Assembly (NCBI GenBank): GCA_965203325.1
Contig: OZ241875.1
Span: forward strand, 2,528,001-2,592,000
Reading direction: 5' to 3'
From: a bacterium
GTDB taxonomy: Bacteria > UBA8248
Length of the DNA stretch: 64,000 bases
In this document: positions 49,429-58,802 of the stretch, piece by piece
Layout: every line of letters begins with the position of its first letter
How positions within the stretch are numbered: position 1 is the stretch's first letter
Program-made: the position numbers and the translations under genes
Notes under the pieces: generated by a model
Seen by the model: the letters and a program-made list of their open reading frames with translations, nothing else
Told to the model about the DNA's origin: nothing
Database searches by the model: none

Positions 49429-50122
49429 GGCCAAGCCTCCTCTGGGGTTGTCCCCGGCGGCGGGAGTTGGAGACCGTCTCCCTCTCCCCTGCCGGGCCTT
49501 TGCCCGGCTCCCCGCTTCGCTCCACCTCTGCCAGGGGGATCACGTCGGGTGAGGACCGCCCACAGAGCGTGAGCGGCCTCCGTCCCGACCGGGTAGTCCC
49601 GGAGGCGGAACGGGAGCGGGAACCAGGCGAGCACGCCCCTGGTACGGGGTTCGGATGGATGAGGGATGGGCGAACGGAGACGTATCGAGTGGGGTGGGAT
49701 CGGGGCGGCGGCGTTCCTGTCACCGCCGGTGAGGTTTATCGTCGGTGATCTCGTGCCGCAGACCGGGGTGTCGGTGTTGATGCTGCCGGAGCCGGCTGCC
49801 GGGTTAGCTCCGCGCCGCCTGGCGGGTCGGGATTGTGCTCGGCGCCTTCGTCACCGGCGGCAGGACTGCTCTGCCAGGTTGCGCCCGCCCCGTGTGGTCG
49901 TATCCGGACTCGCGGCCAGGCCCCCGCCCGCCGTCCTGCGCGGCGCGCCGGGGTCCGGTTGGCGGCGCAGCGGGGTGGCAATCTCTCCGCCCCCGGCGGG
50001 AAGGAACCCGGCCGGCTTCCGGCCGGCTGCGCAGCAGGGCGGTGTCAAGCCCTCCCTCCCCGGTCGGGTCCGACTCCCGCCGACGGTTGGCCGGCTGCAC
50101 GTGCAGGCGCGGCCGCCGAGGC

Positions 50123-50932
50123 TCACCCCCAGGCAGCGAGGCTGGACATGACGGGCTCATCCACCACGATCTCGACCTGATCCCGGGAGAGCTTCTCGAA
50201 GGCGAGGCACATGGCGACCTCCTCCCATGAGTCGAGAGGTCCGTGCTCCTCTCCCGTGGCGAGTTCTATCACGGTGTAGCGCGGCGGGTAGACGGGCAGG
50301 CCCTTGTGCTCTCCCGATGAGTGATACGATCGGCGCGCGCAGGGAGTACATCTCACCCCTGCATCCGCATGGGCGCCGCAGTCCACGCAAAGCGACCGTG
50401 CCCGCCTGTCGTGATAGCGTTTCCTGCTCGCGGCGTTCTTGCGCGGACGGCGTTTATCTTCTTTTGCGGCGCACGAAGCGCACGTCGAAGCCTCATCGAC
50501 GACTTCCGCACCGCACCTGCCGCAAAGCCCTTTCGCTCTCCTGGCGGCGTAGAGCTTCCGTTCTTCAGCGCGCCTCGCCTCCCGGCAGGGTTCGCAGACG
50601 GCGCCAGCCTCGACGGGCTCGCGTCCGCAGCGCGGGCACAAGCCGGCCTCCACCCGCTCGCGCCTGCGCTTCCTCGCCCTCTCGCGCGCCATGCGGCGGC
50701 GGCTCTCGGGGCAGCGGCCGCCATATGGGGCTCCCCCCGCTCGGGCTTCGGCGTATCGGGCGCGTCGGGTCTCCCGGTCCCTCTCGAGGCAGGGTTCGCA
50801 CAGACTGCGCCCCGGCGCGGGAGGAATCTTTCCGCACCGGGGGCACATGCCCCGCGCGCGTCGGTCGGCGGTGCGTTTGCGGTGGCGCTCGCGCTCATAC
50901 GCGCGGGCCTTTTCCAGGTCCTTGTAGGGCAT
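50123..50932 (-). CDS. Basic protein with four CxxC...CxxC zinc-finger-like units
   Basis: CPRC/CEPC, CPRC/CEPC, CGRC/CASC, CVDC/CTPC separated by Arg-rich helices; GGAGG upstream. Confidence 0.75.
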   Translation of the reverse strand: MPYKDLEKARAYERERHRKRTADRRARGMCPRCGKIPPAPGRSLCEPCLERDRETRRARYAEARAGGAPYGGRCPESRRRMARERARKRRRERVEAGLCPRCGREPVEAGAVCEPCREARRAEERKLYAARRAKGLCGRCGAEVVDEASTCASCAAKEDKRRPRKNAASRKRYHDRRARSLCVDCGAHADAGVRCTPCARRSYHSSGEHKGLPVYPPRYTVIELATGEEHGPLDSWEEVAMCLAFEKLSRDQVEIVVDEPVMSSLAAWG

Positions 50933-51026
50933 CCCGCCTCCCTCCCCGGGGTGGATGGAATCCGTGCGGCCGGCGCCTGGCCGGCAAGACGTCTTGCGGG
51001 CGGAAGTCCTCCCCGGGGGGACTTCC

Positions 51027-51323
51027 TCACCGGGTGAGCATCCGGGCCCACACGAGGTGCTCGCCCCACAGCTGCAGGCCGCTGCCGGGGACCCGGATCC
51101 CCGTGCAGACGATGAGTTCGTCCCGTGCGGGACGCATCTCGCGTACGGCTTTCCGCGAGGCCGTAGCTCTCTTCTTCTTGCGCCTCCCGCTCTCCCTGTC
51201 GGGCACGGGCCTGATGTCGCCATCGGCGGACTTGTAGCGTTTCACTTCGTAGCGCTCGTCCTCGAGGCCTCGGCCGAACAGGTGGGTGAGGAAAGTACTC
51301 GCTTCGGGTCCGGGTTTCCGCAT
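51027..51323 (-). CDS. Hypothetical protein
   Basis: AAGGAGG RBS; co-oriented with neighbours. Confidence 0.45.
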   Translation of the reverse strand: MRKPGPEASTFLTHLFGRGLEDERYEVKRYKSADGDIRPVPDRESGRRKKKRATASRKAVREMRPARDELIVCTGIRVPGSGLQLWGEHLVWARMLTR

Positions 51324-51512
51324 CGCGCGCCTCCTTGGGTGGGTGGATGATGGCGGCGGAGGCGAGCCTCGAACGCGAGAAGACTCCCTCCCGGCTCCCC
51401 TTCGCCGCCCCCTCCCGGCCGGACTCCGCCTCCCGGTGGCGCAGAGCCACCACCGGCGGGAAAGACGGCGGTCCGTTCGTTCAGGGTGGTCTTCGTTCGG
51501 TTTGGGGGCCTT

Positions 51513-51854
51513 CTAGGGGAAGGGGATGTCCGGGTCCTGGCCGAACAGCTCTTGTTCCTCCAGTTCGCGGCGCCAGGCGTAGCGTCCCGTCCGGGCGGAC
51601 CACTCGAAGTCCTCTTCTTTCCCGTCGGGCAGTTCGTAGCGAGCGAAGGCGGACCAGTCCCCGTGGCGGAACCCCCGCCACAGGGCGCAGGAGAGAGCCG
51701 TGAGGAGGCACCAGAGGGCCGCACAGGCCCAGACGGCCCCCAGGGGGCGGAGGCCGATGCCTGCCGTGAGAGAGAGGATTGTGTCGAGGAGGGCCAGGCC
51801 AAGTCCCGCGAGTACGAGGACCCTCGCGCGGCGGGACGGTTTCCGGTTACTCAT
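51513..51854 (-). CDS. Small membrane protein
   Basis: GGAGG RBS, two hydrophobic helices. Confidence 0.6.
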   Translation of the reverse strand: MSNRKPSRRARVLVLAGLGLALLDTILSLTAGIGLRPLGAVWACAALWCLLTALSCALWRGFRHGDWSAFARYELPDGKEEDFEWSARTGRYAWRRELEEQELFGQDPDIPFP

Positions 51855-52479
51855 GGGTCGCGCCTCCGGTGTTGCGGGTGAGAGGAATGCGGGGGCGCCC
51901 GGCCTCTCCGGCCCGGCTACCGCGCCCCCTCACGGCCAGGCTCCGCCTCTCGCCGGCGCGGGGCCTGGGGGAGGCGCGCGATGAACGCCCCGGCGCCCGG
52001 GCGCTGGAAACCGGATATCGAAAACCCTTGCAAACGGGCGGTTTTTCAGTTTATTTCCGTGCGGTGCGGACTACCGTATGCACCCGGGATGAGCAAACGG
52101 GACGAAAGGGGAGACGCGCATGGAGAAGAACGCCGGAAGTGGTTCGATCATGCCCCAGGCGGAGCGCCGGAGTATTGCCGCGATCAGGCTGTCCGGGCCG
52201 GCCGGAAGAGGGTGATGGCGCAATGATCCGGCAGGCACGCCCCGGGATGCGCAGGGGTTTGATTCCCCTCGTTTTCGTTATGATTGCTTTCTGCGGAAGG
52301 TGGATTCCGGACGAGACCCGGGGGAAACGAATGCTTCTCGATGATATCAACGGGATCAGGAGATTTTACAGCCGCCGGAAACCCCCCACCGTCTCTAAAC
52401 ACGCGGAAGAGCGGGATGTATACCCCCTCCTGCCCGGCTCCTCGAACGGGGAAAGCGCACCGGAGATACCGGGCATATG

Positions 52480-52601
52480 AGCGAAGCGGGGCCGCCCGTT
52501 GTTCCCCCTCCCGGCCCGAGGACTCGAAAATCCGGCAAAAGGAGTGGTACGGCTTGCCCTCTCACGAGGGAAGCAACCAACGGGCAGCCCCCTTTTTCGC
52601 T
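52480..52601 (-). repeat. Conserved structured element 3' of lipoprotein gene, copy 1
   Basis: Homologous to 54921-55039; paired ends enclosing two hairpins. Confidence 0.7.
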
Positions 52602-52602
52602 G

Positions 52603-54750
52603 CTACTCCTGCCTGTTCGCGGCGAAGCCGCCGACCATCCGGCCCTCGTGGCCGTATTCCGCGGAGAATTGCCCGGTCACGGCCCCCGGAACGCCGCCCT
52701 CGTCGGGATTCCGGAATTTTCCGTTCCACTCCCCGCCGGCCTCGGCCGTATCCCCGCCGATGGTCCACTTCGTCTTGCGGGGCGGCAGGGCATCGAGGAA
52801 GGTTCCTAAACCCGGAACAGTGACCGCCGCGCCGACGCCGTCGCCCAGAATGTCACCATTGTCATAGATGCCCTGTTCCATCAGCTCGACGGACCAGTCC
52901 CGGGCCTCGCCGTCAGCGCCGACCTTGAACTGGTCGAGGGCGCCCGTGACCGTGCTCTCGTGGAAGTCGGCCTCCAGCACCGCCCGCGCGGTGAAGCGGC
53001 CGGACTCGTTGGCGCCGCCGGTGGTGCTGCTCGTAAGGGCGTAGAGGCCGGCCGCGCTGCCGCTGTAGCTCGCGGTCCCGCCCACGGACCTCAAGTCATT
53101 ACGCGTCTCCGCGCCATAATTTCCCCCACCTATTGCGCTTGCAATGTAGTCCCCCTCGGCCGGCTTGTAGAGCCACCAGCCGTAATAGCTGTAATGGGCC
53201 AGCGGCGCCGTCACCCGGGCGCCCGGGTCGTCGGGCTTGAAGGTCCACGCGGCGGCGGTGTGGTTGAACACATTGGCCGCACTCAGAAGGCCAAGCGTGA
53301 ATCCGGCGGTGACATCAGAAGCTCCTAGAGCGTCGGTGGGGTTGGGTTTGACGTCGAGGCGGACGGCGCAGGTGTTGCCGGCGGTGGGCGTGCAGCTGTA
53401 GGTGCCGGGCACCCCGTGGAAGCTGCCGTCGATCTTCACGGCGATGTGGTTCTCCGGCAGTTCGAACTTCTTGAACCCGGCGCGCTGGTCGAAGCTCGGG
53501 CTCTCAATCTTGTCCCGGTTCCGATCGAGTGCCACGATCGTGGAAGGCAGCACCCCGCCGGTCAGGTCATACACCTCATCGAGGGGAAGGCCCTGCTCGC
53601 GCTCTTCTTCGCGCGTGTAGACGTAGGCTTCCGCCGTGCCGCCGTCGGCGAATTCGTGCGTGTACCGCTTGCCCTCCCAGCCGCGGTTGCCGGGAACCAT
53701 GGTCTCCTTGTCTTCCGAAAGGGATTGTGGGGAACCATGGGTGGCGTCCGCCCCGGTGGTGGTTACTCCGGCGATGCGCAACGCGAAAGTGTTCCTGCCT
53801 ATTATTGCGATGCTGACATCTCCGGCCCTTGCCTGGGGCTTCAGGTCGATCCCCGCATACAGCTTCGCAGCCTCTGCCACCATCTCCGCATCCGCGGCCT
53901 TCTGCTCGTCTTCCATGGCCTTATCGAAGGCGGCTTGCGCCGTTTGGATCGGCGCCGCCGCATTGTCCGCCTCTCGCACATACGTAGCCTTTTCCGCGTC
54001 GGTCAGGTCCGCGCCATCCGCAATCGCGTCGTTCAGAGCGGTGAGGGCACTGTCGGCGGCGTCGAGCTGCGCCTGCGTTGGCGTCGAACCGAAAAGCGCC
54101 TCGAGGGCCGCCTGGAGCGCCGTGGAAGCATCCGACAGCGCCGTCCTCTGGTTCATCCGGCGCGTCGCGGTGTCGATACCGCCCTGCGCACCATCTACGG
54201 CAGCCACGGCGTCGTCGAGTTGCGTCATGTACATGGCCTTGTCTTCATCGCTCACGTCGTCCGCATCTTCCAATGCCTGCCTGAGAGCGCGGATGGCTTC
54301 GTTGGCGGCGTCAACCATCTCCTGCGTCGACAGGTCGGACGTGTCGATCATGCCGGCCGCGGCCGCCAGAGCCGTTTTCTGCGCATCGGCCCGAGCCATC
54401 GTCGCGAGCGCCGCCACGCGGGCATCGACCGCCGCCTGAAGCATCTCGCCCGCCGTGGCGGTAACGTCGTCCTTCACCGCATCGTAAGCCGCCTGGGCGG
54501 CTTCCGCCGTGGCGGCCGCCGCGATGTTCGCGAGCGCCGCATTAATCGCGACCTGTGCGGGCGTCAAGCATTCACCACCCACATATTGATTGCCCGCGGC
54601 CGTGCACGTCTCCTCCGGTGTCGGCATCGGGGGCGGTTCCTCAACTGCAGCCGTCCCGCCGCCGCCGCCGCAGCCGGCCAGCGCGATGGCGAACACGGCC
54701 GCCAGCGCGAAGGCGTAGAGCCTGGTTATCGGTTTCTCTTTGAACGTCAT
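52603..54750 (-). CDS. Surface lipoprotein with TbpB-like C-terminal barrel
   Basis: Lipobox LAGC-GGGGG, Ala-rich helical stalk, GTASYSGSAAG...MVGGFAA. Confidence 0.8.
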   Translation of the reverse strand: MTFKEKPITRLYAFALAAVFAIALAGCGGGGGTAAVEEPPPMPTPEETCTAAGNQYVGGECLTPAQVAINAALANIAAAATAEAAQAAYDAVKDDVTATAGEMLQAAVDARVAALATMARADAQKTALAAAAGMIDTSDLSTQEMVDAANEAIRALRQALEDADDVSDEDKAMYMTQLDDAVAAVDGAQGGIDTATRRMNQRTALSDASTALQAALEALFGSTPTQAQLDAADSALTALNDAIADGADLTDAEKATYVREADNAAAPIQTAQAAFDKAMEDEQKAADAEMVAEAAKLYAGIDLKPQARAGDVSIAIIGRNTFALRIAGVTTTGADATHGSPQSLSEDKETMVPGNRGWEGKRYTHEFADGGTAEAYVYTREEEREQGLPLDEVYDLTGGVLPSTIVALDRNRDKIESPSFDQRAGFKKFELPENHIAVKIDGSFHGVPGTYSCTPTAGNTCAVRLDVKPNPTDALGASDVTAGFTLGLLSAANVFNHTAAAWTFKPDDPGARVTAPLAHYSYYGWWLYKPAEGDYIASAIGGGNYGAETRNDLRSVGGTASYSGSAAGLYALTSSTTGGANESGRFTARAVLEADFHESTVTGALDQFKVGADGEARDWSVELMEQGIYDNGDILGDGVGAAVTVPGLGTFLDALPPRKTKWTIGGDTAEAGGEWNGKFRNPDEGGVPGAVTGQFSAEYGHEGRMVGGFAANRQE

Positions 54751-54920
54751 TTAGCGAGTCCTCCTGAATACATGGAAAAAGGAATTCGGCCTGGCCAGAG
54801 AAAGGGCCGACACCCCTCAAAGGGCTGCTTTGAGGGGTTGAAAGAACCCCTGAAGATGGGAATTGCTGCGACACGATCCCCGAGGTGCAGGCCGAGTCGG
54901 GGTGCCGGCTGCTTTCATGA

Positions 54921-55039
54921 AGCGAAAACAGGGGCTGCCCGTTGTTCCCCCTCCCGGCTCGAGGACTCAAACTCACAACCGGGAGGGGTACAGTTTGCTC
55001 TCACGAGGGAAGCAACCAACGGACAACCCCCTTTTCGCT
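54921..55039 (-). repeat. Conserved structured element 3' of lipoprotein gene, copy 2
   Basis: Homologous to 52480-52601. Confidence 0.7.
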
Positions 55040-55116
55040 CTGCTTGAGATTTGCTGCCCGCCCAAGGCCCCGGGGCCGTGAAGCCCCGGAAGCCTGAGGC
55101 GTCGTGCGCTTCGCTC

Positions 55117-57291
55117 CTACTGCTGCTTGTTCACGCCGAAGGCGCCGACCATCTTCCCGGACGAGCCGTACTCGGTGTAGAACGTGCCGGTCCCGACCTT
55201 CGGAACCCCGCTGGCGTCCGTTTCGGTGGCAGCGGTGTCGTAGAGCGTTCCCGCCCACCAGCCGGAGGCGGCAGCGGCCGTCCCGCCGATGGTCCAGACC
55301 GTATCGTCGAGCGCAGCGCGGCCAATGACACCCGAGGGGCCAACGTCAGCTTCCTTCAGCTCGACCGACCAATCCCGGTCCATGCCATCGGCGCCCTTGA
55401 ACATGTCGATGGTGCCAGTGATCTTGTTGTCGCTGAAGTCGGCGTTAAGCGTCGCCCGCGCGGTGAAGTGGCCGGCGTCGTTCGTGCCGCCGGTCGAACT
55501 CGAGAGAGCGTACTTGCCGGCCGCGCCGCCCATGTAGGTCGCCGTGCCCTGCAAGTTGTCGAGATCGGCGGCGGCCGGGACGGCGCCCTTGTTGTCCACG
55601 AATGCGCTCGCGGTGAAGGTGTTGCCGTCCTCGGACTTGTGGATCCACCAGCCGTAGGAGGCGTAGATGGCGTCCGGCATGCCCATGACCCTGGCGTTCG
55701 GGTCGGCCGGCTTGAAGGTCCAGGTGCCGCCGGTAGCGCCGGTCCCAGTCTGAGTGAACGCATTGTCGCCATCGGCTGTCTCGCCGAGTCGGAACCCGTT
55801 TGCGGCTAGCCGGACTGCGCAGGTGCTGGCGGTCCCAGCCACGCAGTAGAAGTTGCCGGGCACCCCGTGGTAGCTGCCGGGAATGATCACCCGCTCCCTA
55901 TTCTCCGGCAATGGGTACTCCTTCGTCCCGGCAGTCAGGTCGAAGCCCGGGATGGCGACGTTCGACGTAGGATAACGAGTCGGATTGGTGGTTTGGTCGA
56001 GCGCAAGTTCACCGTCGGCTAACAGGTACTCGAACTCGTCGCTGGTATCGGCCGCGCCGAACTTCTTGCCCTGCGTCGGCTCGCCGACGTTCGAGTAGAC
56101 CATCGCCTCGTAGGTGCCGTCGCCATCGGGCTCGGCCGTGTACCTCTTGCCTGCCCAGCCATGGAGCTTGGCGACCATCGTCTTCTTGTCTTCCGACAGG
56201 GGGACGGCTGCTGTGTGCGCGGTGTCGCTGCCGTCGCCGATGCTCACCATGATGAGCGTGTCGACGAGGGATTGGCCGGGGACGCCGTTGGCGGGGTCGT
56301 CGGCAGTGTTGGCCACGTTGTAAGAGGCGGTCCGGTCATCGACGGCGAAGGTGCTTCCTTCGCGGATGTCACCCTTCGGCTCGCTGATCCCCGCATACAG
56401 CTTCGCGGCCGTGGCGGCCATGGCTGCGGCCTCTTGCATGGCGGCCATATTGTCGGCATCGTCCTTGGCGTCTTTCGCCGTCTGGATCGGCGCCGCCGCG
56501 TTGTTGGCCTCACGCTGATACGGAGCCTTCTCATCGTCGGTCAGGTCCCCGCCGCCCGCAATCGCGTCGTTCAGAGCCATGAGGGCACTGTTGGCGGCGT
56601 CGAGCTGCGCCTGCGTTGGCGTCGAACCGGAAAGCGCCGCGAGGGCCGCCTGCAATCTCATGGAAGCGCCAGACAATGCATCCATCTGGTTCATCCGGCG
56701 CGTCGCGGTGTCGATACCGCCCTGCGCCATGTTCACGGCAGCCACGGCGTCGTCGAGCTGCGACATGTACATGGCCTTGTCGGCATCGCTCACGTCGTCC
56801 GCGTCGGCCAGCGCCCCTCGAAGCCCTTCGATGGCCATGCGTGCGGCGTCAACCGCTGCCTGCGTCGACAGGTCGGACGTGTCGATCATGCCGGCCGCGT
56901 CCGCCAGAGCCATTTTCTGCGCGTCCACGCGGGCCGCCATCTCGATGGCCATGATCCGGGCATTGACCGCCGCCTGAAGCATCTCGCCCGCCGTGGCGGT
57001 AACGTCGTCCTTCACCGCATCGTAAGCCGCCTGGGCGTCTTCCGCCGTGGTGGCCGCCGCGATGTTCGCGAGCGCCGTGTTAATCGTGACCTGTGCGGGC
57101 GTCAAGCATTCACCATTCACATATTGATTGCCCGCGGCCGTGCACATCTCCTCCGGTGTCGGCATCGGGGGCGGTTCCTCTTCAACTGCAGCCGTCCCGC
57201 CGCCGCCGCCGCAACCCGCCAGCGTCAGCGCGAAGACCGCCGCCAGCGCGAAAGCGTAAAACCTGTTAATATACTTGTCTTTGAACATCAT
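55117..57291 (-). CDS. Surface lipoprotein with TbpB-like C-terminal barrel (paralog)
   Basis: Lipobox LAGC-GGGGG; GTATYMGGAAG...KMVGAFGV; N-terminal ~280 aa very similar to 52603-54750. Confidence 0.8.
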   Translation of the reverse strand: MMFKDKYINRFYAFALAAVFALTLAGCGGGGGTAAVEEEPPPMPTPEEMCTAAGNQYVNGECLTPAQVTINTALANIAAATTAEDAQAAYDAVKDDVTATAGEMLQAAVNARIMAIEMAARVDAQKMALADAAGMIDTSDLSTQAAVDAARMAIEGLRGALADADDVSDADKAMYMSQLDDAVAAVNMAQGGIDTATRRMNQMDALSGASMRLQAALAALSGSTPTQAQLDAANSALMALNDAIAGGGDLTDDEKAPYQREANNAAAPIQTAKDAKDDADNMAAMQEAAAMAATAAKLYAGISEPKGDIREGSTFAVDDRTASYNVANTADDPANGVPGQSLVDTLIMVSIGDGSDTAHTAAVPLSEDKKTMVAKLHGWAGKRYTAEPDGDGTYEAMVYSNVGEPTQGKKFGAADTSDEFEYLLADGELALDQTTNPTRYPTSNVAIPGFDLTAGTKEYPLPENRERVIIPGSYHGVPGNFYCVAGTASTCAVRLAANGFRLGETADGDNAFTQTGTGATGGTWTFKPADPNARVMGMPDAIYASYGWWIHKSEDGNTFTASAFVDNKGAVPAAADLDNLQGTATYMGGAAGKYALSSSTGGTNDAGHFTARATLNADFSDNKITGTIDMFKGADGMDRDWSVELKEADVGPSGVIGRAALDDTVWTIGGTAAAASGWWAGTLYDTAATETDASGVPKVGTGTFYTEYGSSGKMVGAFGVNKQQ

Positions 57292-57522
57292 TTAGTGAGT
57301 CCTCCTGAATACACAGTAGAAAAAGGGATTTTCCGTGAATTTCCGGCTTTCTCCGATTAACCTCCTTTCGTCAGCTTTTTTTTCGGGCCTTCACAAACTG
57401 GTGATTCGCATTTTGGGCCGCCTGAAACGCGGCGGACTTGAACCCTTTCATGCTCCGGGCCGGTAGTGAGTCTTTCCGCGAGAGGCGGATTCCTTCGGTA
57501 TGCGTCCACCTTTCCCGGCCTG

Positions 57523-57738
57523 GCCGCCGTTAATTGATGTTATCGGACTCCAGAAACCCCGTTTTCCGCCGAAAAACCCGTTTCGGGGCGCATTCGGGCC
57601 GCACATGAGCGAAACATGAGCGAAAATAGACGCAAAACGGCGCCCGAAACCCCTCTGGAGACGCCGGAATTGCGCTTGACATGGCCGTGAGAGGTGTTAT
57701 ATTTTCTGATAACATCAATTATCGGACTCCAGAAACCC
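57523..57738. promoter_or_regulatory. Candidate invertible promoter, cassette 2
   Basis: GCCGCCGTTAA-TTGATG-TTATCGGACTC (57523-57550) and TTTTCTGATAA-CATCAA-TTATCGGACTC (57702-57729); spacers are reverse complements; TTGACA (57676)-N16-TATATT (57698) with TGn extension. Confidence 0.8.
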
Positions 57739-57840
57739 GCCGTTTCGCCGGTATTCCCCTGCGAAACGGCTTTTTTTGTGGAAATTCCCCGCCGTCGTCT
57801 ATACTTGGTAATCGAGGAGGCGCTCGATCGGCCTCAGGGA

Positions 57841-58773
57841 ATGGAAACGGCCGCCGACCCGGAACAGAACATCGCTTTGACGAGGAGGCCGGCCCGACCG
57901 GCCCGTGCGGCCGCCTACCTGGCGAAGGCGTCGATGTCTGAGAACACGCGGCGAGTGTACGAGACGGCGCTCAGGAGGTTCGAGCGCTCGGGAAACCCCG
58001 AGACCGACGCCGGGATAGCGGCGTACCTGGGGGATCTCTACGAGGGGGGGCACTCGGCGGCCGTGGCCGCGATGGCGGTCGCGGCGCTTCGCTTCCGGGC
58101 GAAGCTGAACGACCGGCCCTCCCCGGTGGGGGCGGCCTCGGAGCGGGTGCTGGCCGGCTTCAGGCGCCTGGCCGCAGAGCGCGGCCGCGGCCAGGTGGCG
58201 GGGGTGCGCTGGGAGCAGGCGGACCGCGCGGCGGCGCTGGCCGAGGGGACGGGGACACTGGCCGGTCTGCGAGACGCGGCGATCGTGGCGGTGGCGAGCG
58301 ACGCCCTGCTCCGGGTGTCGGAGGTCGAGGCGCTCGACGTCGAGGACGTGGACCTGGACGAGCAGACGGTGCTGATCCGCCGCTCGAAGACCGACCAGGA
58401 GGCCGAGGGCGTCGTGCAGTTTCTGGGCGAGCCGACGGTGGCGCGCGTCCGGGCCTGGCTGGCGCGCGCGGGTCTCGGGGAGGGAGCGCTCTTCCGGGGC
58501 GTGTACAAGGGGGGACGACTTCGGCCCGGGCGCCTGACGGAGAGGAGCATCCGGAGCATCATCGCGCGGTGGGGGAAGGCCGCGGGCGTGGAGGGGCGCA
58601 TCAGCGGGCACAGCCTGCGCGTGGGGGGCGCGCAGAGCCTGGCCACGGCGGGGGCGTCGCTGGTCGAGATGCAGATTGCCGGGCGCTGGCAGTCGCCGGT
58701 CATGCCGGGGCGCTACGCGCAGGGACAACTCGCGAAACAGGGCGCGATGGCGAGGCTGCGCTACGGGCGGTGA
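57841..58773 (+). CDS. Cre-like tyrosine recombinase
   Basis: LLRVSE, RRSKTDQ, SGHSLRVG, GRW, GRYA give a complete R-K-H-R-W-Y set; no arm-binding domain; start codon uncertain. Confidence 0.9.
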   Translation: METAADPEQNIALTRRPARPARAAAYLAKASMSENTRRVYETALRRFERSGNPETDAGIAAYLGDLYEGGHSAAVAAMAVAALRFRAKLNDRPSPVGAASERVLAGFRRLAAERGRGQVAGVRWEQADRAAALAEGTGTLAGLRDAAIVAVASDALLRVSEVEALDVEDVDLDEQTVLIRRSKTDQEAEGVVQFLGEPTVARVRAWLARAGLGEGALFRGVYKGGRLRPGRLTERSIRSIIARWGKAAGVEGRISGHSLRVGGAQSLATAGASLVEMQIAGRWQSPVMPGRYAQGQLAKQGAMARLRYGR

Positions 58774-58802
58774 AGTCCGTCCGTCTTCTCCCGAATATCT
58801 CC

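Noticed and set aside
52603..57291. Shufflon exchanging lipoprotein C-termini
   Set aside because: Both genes are full length and co-oriented; no recombinase-type sites were seen inside them
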